64,000 nt of DNA from Candidatus Latescibacterota bacterium. Its GTDB lineage: Bacteria > Latescibacterota > UBA2968. The notes under the pieces are model-generated. The model worked only from the letters and a program-made list of their open reading frames with translations. It did no database searches and was not told the origin of the DNA. How positions within the stretch are numbered: position 1 is the first letter of the stretch; each line of letters opens with the position of its first letter. This document shows, piece after piece, positions 29,928 through 37,034 of the stretch. A program made the position numbers and the translations under genes. The DNA lies in contig OZ244028.1 in NCBI GenBank assembly GCA_965214925.1, positions 3,710,058 through 3,774,057 on the forward strand, read 5' to 3'.

Positions 29928-32900
29928 ATGCACTATATCGCCGATGTACACTTGCATTCGCGTTTTGCCCGCGCGACGAGCAAGACTTTGAATCCCGAAA
30001 ATCTGTACCGGTGGAGTCTCATCAAGGGGCTGACTGTGGTGGGTACGGGCGATTTTACCCATCCGGTATGGGTTGAAGAATTGCGGGATCAACTTGACTC
30101 GGCCGAAGCGGGGTTGTTTCAATTGCGATCCGAGTTGCGGCGAGGTGTCGATGCCGAGTTGCCGCCCGCCTGTCGGGGGGAGATGCGCTTTGTCCTCTCG
30201 GTTGAGATCAGTCTCATTTACAAAAAAAATGGCAAGACGCGAAAAATTCATCACGTCGTTTTGATGCCGAGTTTTGACGCGGTGGCGCGTTTGAATGCTC
30301 GACTCGGCGCGATTGGCAACCTGAAGTCCGATGGGCGGCCCATTCTCGGCTTGGACAGCCGGGATCTGGTGGAGATTTGTCTAGAGGCGTGTGATGAGGT
30401 GTTGTTTATTCCCGCGCATATCTGGACGCCCCATTTTGCCGTTTTGGGGGCGAGTTCTGGGTTTGATACGCTCGAGGAGTGTTTTGAAGATATGCTGCCC
30501 CATATTTTTGCCGTAGAAACCGGTCTGTCTTCGGATCCGCCGATGAATTGGCGCCTGTCCATGCTAGACGATTACGCGATTATCTCCAATTCGGACGCGC
30601 ATTCCCCGCAAAAATTGGCGCGCGAAGCCACCTGCTTTGATACAGACCTTTCGTTTCGCGGGATGTATGAGGCACTGCGAGACCGCGATCCAACGCGGTT
30701 TCGGGGCACGCTGGAATTTTATCCCGAGGAGGGCAAATACCACTTTGACGGACACCGAAAATGCCATGTGTGTTGGAAACCCGCGCAGACGATTGAGGCA
30801 GAGGGAATGTGCCCGGTGTGCGGGCGCAAGTTGACGGTTGGGGTATTGCACCGCGTGGAAAGGCTTGCAGACCGCCCGGAAGGCGACCGGCCAGCCATGG
30901 CGATGCCGTTTGAAAACTTGATCCCATTGCCGGAGATCATCGGATCGGTTTTGCAAGTGGGCCCCACGAGCAAGCGCGTGCAGGGCGTGTACGAGCGCAT
31001 GCTTGCGGCCCTCGGGCCGGAGTTGAAAATTTTGCGCGAATTGTCCGTTGAAGAGATCGCAAAGACAGGGGATCCCCTCATTGCTGAGGGGATCCGGCGG
31101 ATGCGCGAAGGAGAGGTTCACATCGCGCCGGGATACGACGGGGTGTACGGAAAAATTCAGGTTTTTTCCGATGAGGACCGCGCGCGCTTGAGCGGACAAG
31201 ATACCCTGTTTCACGTGCCGAAGAAAAAGGGCACATCGCGCGCAGCAGATCGCCCGCGCGCGGAACGCGCGAAATCGGACGGGCACCGCGACGCCGCACA
31301 GCCACTTTCAGATACGGGATTGGACGCAGACCAACAAGCCGCGGTCGCGATGGACAAAGGGCCTGTGGTGGTGATTGCGGGACCCGGCACAGGGAAAACG
31401 CGGGTGTTGACGCATCGCATAGTCGATCTGATTCAAAATCGCGGGGTGTCCCCATCTTCTGTGATGGCCGTGACATTTACCAACCGCGCCGCGGTTGAAA
31501 TGTGGGCGCGCGTAGTGGCCTTGTCCTCGGGTGGCGAAGAATTGGTGCCGATGCGCGTGGGCACGTTTCACCGGTTGGCACTGGATTTGTTGCGCGAGTA
31601 CGCGCCCGACCGGTTGGGCGCGATCGCGGATCGGGGCGACGCGCGCGGCATTTTGCAAGAGACCATGGCCGATGTTGAGGCCGACCTATCGGCCGATCGC
31701 GCGCTTTCTGACATTTCGCGGTGCAAAGCCGAAGGGCAGCACCCAAACGATGTTTTGGATGCCGAATTGCGGGCTGTTTATGCGGCTTATCAGCGTCGCA
31801 TGGCAGCTTATGGGCTGATGGATTTCGATGATATTTTGCTCGTTCTAAACGATGTGCTTTGCGGCGATGTTTTGCGGGACGTGCAGGCGCGTTTTTCCCA
31901 CGTTCTGGTCGATGAGTTTCAGGATGTCAATGCCGTGCAATACGCCTTGGTTCAAAAATTGGCCGGAAAAGGTGCGGGTCTGTTTGTCATTGGCGATCCC
32001 GATCAGGCGATCTACGGTTTTCGGGGGGCGTGCGCGGCGTATTTTGCGCGGTTGAACGCGGATTTTCCCGGGGCGCGCGACGTGGTTTTGCAGCGCACAT
32101 TTCGCTCAACCCCTCAGATTATTTCCGCGGCGTCCGGTCTGCTTTGCGGCCGGTCGTATGTTGCGGTGCGAGAAGATGGCGCGAATCTAAAATTGTTATC
32201 CACGCCGGGGGAAACGGGCGAGGGCATTGCCATTGTGGATGAGATTGTGAAACGGGTTGGGGGCGCGGATTTGTTGCAGGCCAACGAAGAGGGCACGCGC
32301 GGTTTGGACGATTTCGCGGTTTTGTTCCGCACGGGCCGTCAGGCAGACGCCCTGGAGGCGTGTTTTTTGGAGGCGGGCATTCCCTATCGCGTCGTGGGGC
32401 AGAAGAGCTATTTGGACGCGCCGTCAGTGCAACAGGCACTGGCGTTTTTTAAGTACGCCTTGCGCGGCGATGCCCGCGCGCTGATCGATGTGTTGTCCAT
32501 CCCCGCGTTCGATCCCGGCCGAGCCGCGCGCGCGGCGCTGCGAAAGCGCGTTCAAAAAGGCGTTTTGACCGGCGCGCTGCCGGACGCGGTGCAGGAGAAA
32601 TGGGATGTTGTGATGGCGGCTGTGGATCGTTTCCGCGAGGCAGTGTCGCACCAGTCGCCTGCCGAACTCGTCGAGATGTGGACAGGCGAGTTTGCGATGC
32701 CTGACGATGTAGATATCGCGCGGTTGGCCCTTTTGGCCCAAGGCGTGGATTCCATCGCGGCGTTGTTGGACGTGGTCGCCCTGGGGCAAGAGGGCGATTT
32801 TGTCCGTCAGGGACGGGTCGTGCGTCCCGAAGCCGTGACCCTGATGACCTTGCATGCGTCCAAGGGACTGGAGTTTCCCGTGGTGTTTGTCTGCGGTGTT

Positions 32901-33146
32901 GAGGAGGGATTGTTGCCCTATTCCGACGCGGATGTCGCAGAGGAACGACGGCTGTTTTTTGTGGGCATCACGCGCGGGCAAGATGAGGTGATTCTCACGC
33001 GCGCCCGAAGTCGCCTGCGGTTTGGCAAACGCATTCGCCCCGAGGTGTCGCGGTTCGTGGCCGATATTCCCGACGAGGTGATCGACTGTGTCGATCTGCG
33101 AACCGAGCGGCATCCCAAATCCGCCGAGCAATTGTCGCTGTTTTAG
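29928..33146 (+). CDS. EndoQ-like PHP/Zn-finger endonuclease fused to UvrD/PcrA-type SF1 helicase
   Basis: The N-terminal ~460 aa carry 'ADVHLHSRFARATS', 'GTGDFTHP', 'IHHVVLMPS', 'PAHIWTPHF', 'SNSDAHSP', 'GKYHFDGH', 'CPVCGRKL' and 'GYDGVYGKIQV', the EndoQ motif order. The C-terminal half has 'VIAGPGTGKTRVL', 'TFTNRAA', 'VLVDEFQD', 'GDPDQAIYGFRGA' and 'MTLHASKGLEFPVV'. The start is set at the ATG at 29928, after an AAGGA SD. Confidence 0.85.
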   Translation: MHYIADVHLHSRFARATSKTLNPENLYRWSLIKGLTVVGTGDFTHPVWVEELRDQLDSAEAGLFQLRSELRRGVDAELPPACRGEMRFVLSVEISLIYKKNGKTRKIHHVVLMPSFDAVARLNARLGAIGNLKSDGRPILGLDSRDLVEICLEACDEVLFIPAHIWTPHFAVLGASSGFDTLEECFEDMLPHIFAVETGLSSDPPMNWRLSMLDDYAIISNSDAHSPQKLAREATCFDTDLSFRGMYEALRDRDPTRFRGTLEFYPEEGKYHFDGHRKCHVCWKPAQTIEAEGMCPVCGRKLTVGVLHRVERLADRPEGDRPAMAMPFENLIPLPEIIGSVLQVGPTSKRVQGVYERMLAALGPELKILRELSVEEIAKTGDPLIAEGIRRMREGEVHIAPGYDGVYGKIQVFSDEDRARLSGQDTLFHVPKKKGTSRAADRPRAERAKSDGHRDAAQPLSDTGLDADQQAAVAMDKGPVVVIAGPGTGKTRVLTHRIVDLIQNRGVSPSSVMAVTFTNRAAVEMWARVVALSSGGEELVPMRVGTFHRLALDLLREYAPDRLGAIADRGDARGILQETMADVEADLSADRALSDISRCKAEGQHPNDVLDAELRAVYAAYQRRMAAYGLMDFDDILLVLNDVLCGDVLRDVQARFSHVLVDEFQDVNAVQYALVQKLAGKGAGLFVIGDPDQAIYGFRGACAAYFARLNADFPGARDVVLQRTFRSTPQIISAASGLLCGRSYVAVREDGANLKLLSTPGETGEGIAIVDEIVKRVGGADLLQANEEGTRGLDDFAVLFRTGRQADALEACFLEAGIPYRVVGQKSYLDAPSVQQALAFFKYALRGDARALIDVLSIPAFDPGRAARAALRKRVQKGVLTGALPDAVQEKWDVVMAAVDRFREAVSHQSPAELVEMWTGEFAMPDDVDIARLALLAQGVDSIAALLDVVALGQEGDFVRQGRVVRPEAVTLMTLHASKGLEFPVVFVCGVEEGLLPYSDADVAEERRLFFVGITRGQDEVILTRARSRLRFGKRIRPEVSRFVADIPDEVIDCVDLRTERHPKSAEQLSLF

Positions 33147-33406
33147 GCGCGCGGGACATGCTTGTCTGCCTCAGGTAGGCTTGCCTACCTGAGGTATGCT
33201 TGCGCGTTGTTGGTGTTTTGCCTTTGGGTTACGCTCATATCAAAGAGGGGAGACCATGTCGGAAACCATTACCATTATTGCCGTTGGCATTGCCATTGCA
33301 GGGCTGATAAGGTCAGCGCAACATAGATGCTCGGCTGATGGCCATTGACGCGCGATTATCTACGCTGGAACGCCAGCACAACGATCAATATCACAAGAGG
33401 ACGAAC

Positions 33407-33616
33407 ATGGAACACCAAAACTGGAAATGCCCAAAATGCACCCACGCGCATTTTGAAACCGATGTATTTCGCGCAACGGGCGGTGGCCTGTCGAGATTCT
33501 TTGATGTTCAAAACAAGAAATTCACAACCGTAACGTGCTCGCAATGCAATTACACAGAGATATACAGAGCCGACTCTTCAACGCTGGGAAACATATTTGA
33601 CTTCTTCACGGGCTGA
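33407..33616 (+). CDS. zinc-ribbon domain protein
   Basis: 'WKCPKC...FRATGGGLSRFFDVQNKKFTTVTCSQCNYTEIY' has two CxxC pairs. The start is probably the internal ATG (MEHQNW); the ORF extends to 33338. Confidence 0.7.
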   Translation: MEHQNWKCPKCTHAHFETDVFRATGGGLSRFFDVQNKKFTTVTCSQCNYTEIYRADSSTLGNIFDFFTG

Positions 33617-33726
33617 GGGGTCTTTCTTCTTTCTTCTGAGCAATATGTCTCTCTATACCACTCATTTTTTTTTCGCGTATCACGCCTGAAACGATTCTGT
33701 CAATACCCCTCCGCCACAAGACAAAA

Positions 33727-33765
33727 GCCCGATGGATCAGTTATCCACCGGGCTTATTATTTTTT
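33727..33765 (+). terminator. rho-independent terminator
   Basis: 'gcccgatgg' ... 'ccaccgggc' stem followed by a T-rich run (ttattatttttt). Confidence 0.6.
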
Positions 33766-33814
33766 AACGGGAACGCGATCCAATCTGTCTATAAGCCAGA
33801 AAATCGCATAGCCA

Positions 33815-34840
33815 TTATTGACCCCATTCCCTCGTCAAGTAATTGGATGACGGACTCGCATTGATGTTCAAGAGATCGCGGATTTCTTTCGCAAGCTCAA
33901 TTGCTTTGCCGCCTCGTGTATTATCGGTAACTACGAACCGCGCTCCAGTGGCTTTAACGTACTCAATGGTTCCTTCAAAGTCAGCGTGATTCGAAAGTGC
34001 TACGGCAAAGGCCCGTTTCGAATATTCTGTTACAGGTTCATCACTGCGGGTAAAGTATGCGCTGAGTGTGATCTGGGTTGAATTACCCATGTCGGTAGGT
34101 TCGCTATCACCTGTGCTATAGACTCTTATCAACCGATTTTCGTTGACTAACTGCTTCCCGTCAAGAGAGTCGGCATCCACCAATGAGCCAATGGTGTAGC
34201 CGAAATTTTTATAGATATTTATTTCCTTGCAGAGTCGTGCGCTAGCGATGATTGGGCAGTCTATCTCGACGGAGATCAATTGAAGCGCTCGCTGGATTGT
34301 GCCTCGATGAGCCTTGATATATACAGACCCATGTACCAATCTTTGATTGATCAGGGTTATCAGACGTTCTTCGCATTCTCCTTGTGAGAATCGACGGACG
34401 CTACTTGGCGATCCGTATGTTCCATCAACTACGAGACCATCAACCTTGATTACTTCGTCGAGGGGCCATTGGAAATCGCCGGAGTAGCCCAGGCGCGTGC
34501 CATTGGATAGTTCTACGAGAACTTGCACGGCACCTAACATATGTCCGCTTGGTACCAGATATACCTTCGAGGTGCCAATTTTATGCCATTCTCCCTTGTC
34601 AAGACTCTTGATGTTGGAGCGATAGGGCAGTTCTGCATTGTGCTCGCAAATGAGAAGTTGACGAGTCGGCTCGCTCATAATAATGTCTTGTATGCCTTTA
34701 CTGGAATCAAACCCGCTCATATGATCTGAGTGGATGTGTGTCTGCACTCGCGCCTTGGCATTGCTTAGAAAGCCATCGCAGCTTATGTCATCTCCCAGCG
34801 AAATGGCTCCTGAAGCATTTACGTCTATCGGATACTTCAT
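33815..34840 (-). CDS. metallo-beta-lactamase fold nuclease, compact beta-CASP type
   Basis: 'THIHSDH' (HxHxDH), 'VPSGHMLGA', 'GYSGDF', 'LVVDGTYG' and 'ALSNHADF' occur in the order typical of the beta-CASP (RNase J/CPSF73/SNM1) family. 4-nt ATGA overlap with the upstream gene. Confidence 0.75.
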   Translation of the reverse strand: MKYPIDVNASGAISLGDDISCDGFLSNAKARVQTHIHSDHMSGFDSSKGIQDIIMSEPTRQLLICEHNAELPYRSNIKSLDKGEWHKIGTSKVYLVPSGHMLGAVQVLVELSNGTRLGYSGDFQWPLDEVIKVDGLVVDGTYGSPSSVRRFSQGECEERLITLINQRLVHGSVYIKAHRGTIQRALQLISVEIDCPIIASARLCKEINIYKNFGYTIGSLVDADSLDGKQLVNENRLIRVYSTGDSEPTDMGNSTQITLSAYFTRSDEPVTEYSKRAFAVALSNHADFEGTIEYVKATGARFVVTDNTRGGKAIELAKEIRDLLNINASPSSNYLTREWGQ

Positions 34841-35541
34841 GCATAGCTCCCACGCACGTCTATTGCAGCATTGATATCCGTCTCTAGTTGGTCTGGTTCC
34901 ACATCAAGGAGTTTTGCCAAATCGTGGTTGGAGATAATCGTAAAGTTGTTGGGGCCGAGTCGACTAGTCGCCGGATAATTAAAAGGGAGTATCTTGTTCA
35001 TCGTTTGATCCATCAGTTCATCGCGCTCCTGCTGTGTGAGCGTTGTCAAGTACTGCTTCGCCTCGTTGTTAATAATTGCTCCAGCAAAAAGGTATCGAGT
35101 CTCGACCTGTGGTCGTAGTTTCAAGATATCAGCGATACAGTCGTGGACTGACTTTCGGGAACGCTTGGCTATCTGAACCAACTGTACTACCTCTTTCCAA
35201 GTGAGTCTGTGGCGGAGTATCGCCTCTGCCGCTTTGATCTGATCTGCCGGCTTTAGCGGTGCCAACTCAGCAAGCGTTGAGAATGCTATGGATGCACCTG
35301 TGGTTCCTCGCCAATCAGATAAGTGCTGGATATCGGGGGCAAGCCTGACGAGTTTCAGAAAGGTCGATATCTGAGTCGTGCCTACCTGCAACGCTTCGGC
35401 ACATTCTTTATGCAGGGTTCCAGCCGTAACTGCCTTGTTGAGCAATTGGGCAACCTCCAGTGGCGACAGAACGCGCTCACTTCGATGGGTACCAACGGAC
35501 AGGATGAGGTCCCTGTATTCGTCAGTTGAAAGTCCTTTCAT
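34837..35541 (-). CDS. ParB-like HTH protein lacking the ParB/Srx N-domain
   Basis: 'LSPLEVAQLLNKAV...CAEALQVGTTQISTFLKLVRLAPDIQHL' resembles the ParB HTH/middle domain. ATGA overlaps on both sides. Confidence 0.6.
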   Translation of the reverse strand: MKGLSTDEYRDLILSVGTHRSERVLSPLEVAQLLNKAVTAGTLHKECAEALQVGTTQISTFLKLVRLAPDIQHLSDWRGTTGASIAFSTLAELAPLKPADQIKAAEAILRHRLTWKEVVQLVQIAKRSRKSVHDCIADILKLRPQVETRYLFAGAIINNEAKQYLTTLTQQERDELMDQTMNKILPFNYPATSRLGPNNFTIISNHDLAKLLDVEPDQLETDINAAIDVRGSYA

Positions 35542-36368
35542 GAAGCAGGTTCCTTCCAGAAGTCATTGATATACAGCCCGTCTTGGATGAGCCTTCCGGC
35601 CGCGTCATCACTGTTTGTTCCCTCGGATTGGGCGTATTGTCCTAATGCGGTATGCACTTCCGAGGTCAGTGTGACCACAAGTTGAGTAATACGGCCTCCC
35701 GTCTTTGCCGTTTCAATCACATCATCTGCGGGCGTAGTCGGATCTTTTTTTCGTTCGTCTAAAATTTTCTTTTGCTGTGCTCCAGACATTGGGGCCATCT
35801 CTTTGGCGAACATGACCGCTTCTTCTATGTTGATGTCTCCACTACTACTTGCGGCCTGTTGGGCGCGTAGGGCAGTCGGTAGTGGCACACTACTGTCATC
35901 TACCAAAACTTGTAGTTGGGGGACTAACTGATCATACTTCACATACTGGCTCACTTTCGGGTAGGATAATCCAGTTTGCTCTACCACTGCTTTTATGGAG
36001 CCGTAGTGCTTGTAGAGCCATGTGCAAACATCAATGAGGTCAGAAGAGTTGAGGTCCAGTCGCACTAAATTTTCGGTAACGGACAGCACTTTTGCTGTGA
36101 GTTCGTCCACAGACTCATCCAATATAGCGGCCAGGATTGTCTCTGTTTCGAGGTGTACGTGGGCCATGAACCGTCTCTGCCCGGTAACAATCTCGTACTT
36201 GCCTTCCAGGTCGCTTTCGCAGACCACGATCGGTTCGAGAAGTCCCACTTTCTGAATGCTGGCGGCTAATTCATCAATCTCCTTATTCACATTGCGTGTT
36301 CGTGCCTGCGCTTTTCCTATGGTGAGATTTTGGAGAGGTATCTCCCGTACTTCCTTGATGTGGGCCAT
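35538..36368 (-). CDS. ParB/Srx N-terminal domain protein with HTH and RHH-like C-terminus
   Basis: 'IPLQNLTIGKAQARTR...LAASIQKVGLLEPIVV...YEIVTGQRRFMAH' is the ParB box region. The C-terminal 'ITQLVVTLTSEVHTALGQYAQSEG' is RHH-like. The start is set at the ATG preceded by an AAGGAG SD; the ORF extends to 36407. Confidence 0.75.
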   Translation of the reverse strand: MAHIKEVREIPLQNLTIGKAQARTRNVNKEIDELAASIQKVGLLEPIVVCESDLEGKYEIVTGQRRFMAHVHLETETILAAILDESVDELTAKVLSVTENLVRLDLNSSDLIDVCTWLYKHYGSIKAVVEQTGLSYPKVSQYVKYDQLVPQLQVLVDDSSVPLPTALRAQQAASSSGDINIEEAVMFAKEMAPMSGAQQKKILDERKKDPTTPADDVIETAKTGGRITQLVVTLTSEVHTALGQYAQSEGTNSDDAAGRLIQDGLYINDFWKEPAS

Positions 36369-36432
36369 TTTATATTCTCCTTTTGACTGTTGAGGTTCGA
36401 AACTCAATTCGTCTGCAAAATAACAATTTCAA

Positions 36433-36510
36433 CTACAAATGGCAAATCGCACATCTCTCGGTTTCGTCAATCATGGGCAAGGACCCAAGACAGATGTGTT
36501 TGGTCTTTCC
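36433..36510 (-). pseudogene. remnant of the 3' end of a second sspD/dndC-like (PP-loop) gene
   Basis: Translates as 'GKTKHICLGSLPMIDETERCAICHL*', compared with the intact SspD-like C-terminus 'GKTLDDIANQPLRDLPVIDETEGCAICHL*'. The 48-nt core 36434-36481 matches 42029-42076 at 43/48 positions. A TAA stop lies immediately upstream in frame. Confidence 0.8.
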
Positions 36511-36568
36511 TTAGCCATCTATCAACTTCCTTTCTTGAAATAGGTTCGACTCCCTCTTATACCTCCTG

Positions 36569-37024
36569 TTATCGCAATAACTCATCCAAAGCGTCAGAAA
36601 GATTCCAGATTGGTTCCAGGTCGTCATCGCGTAGCATTTCTACGATGTAGGGAACGCCCGCTGCTGCCAGACCATTGGCAATGGTCATCATGCGCCGTGG
36701 TTCACCTACGATTTCCACATTGTCCTCAACAGCGATAGCAACTAGCATCACTGCCTGAATTCGCCAACTGTCCCGGTCAAAGATCGAGCCTTCAATGAAC
36801 TTGAAGGTTTTCTGCCTGGCTAGATCAATCGGCCTGAGTTGCTTTCGCGCTGCGACTGATAGTCCGACAAACCAGAGATCAACCATGCGTGGAAACGGAC
36901 ATTGGTCAATGCTGGTAGTACCGCCCCTTGTCTGAGTCTGGCAATAACGGTCATAAGCGTCACGTTGATCAATAGGTGCAATCAGATCAATGCCGGCGAA
37001 TGGATTATGATATCGCTGTGTCAC
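36569..37024 (-). CDS. 151-aa hypothetical protein, possibly dnd-system-associated protein 4 / SspF-like
   Basis: Lies 10 nt downstream of the DndD-like ATPase gene. The helical protein ('MLVAIAVEDNVEIVGEPRRMMTIANGLAAAGVPYIVEML') is assigned by context and memory only. Confidence 0.45.
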   Translation of the reverse strand: MTQRYHNPFAGIDLIAPIDQRDAYDRYCQTQTRGGTTSIDQCPFPRMVDLWFVGLSVAARKQLRPIDLARQKTFKFIEGSIFDRDSWRIQAVMLVAIAVEDNVEIVGEPRRMMTIANGLAAAGVPYIVEMLRDDDLEPIWNLSDALDELLR

Positions 37025-37034
37025 TGCTGCCCTC

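Noticed and set aside
33257-33406. Possible frameshifted small membrane-protein gene ('MSETITIIAVGIAIAGLI...' followed in another frame by 'IDARLMAIDARLSTLERQ') fused to the Zn-ribbon gene
   Set aside because: The pieces are under 35 codons each, no family could be recognised with confidence, and stops occur in every frame between them. This is not enough to call a pseudogene.
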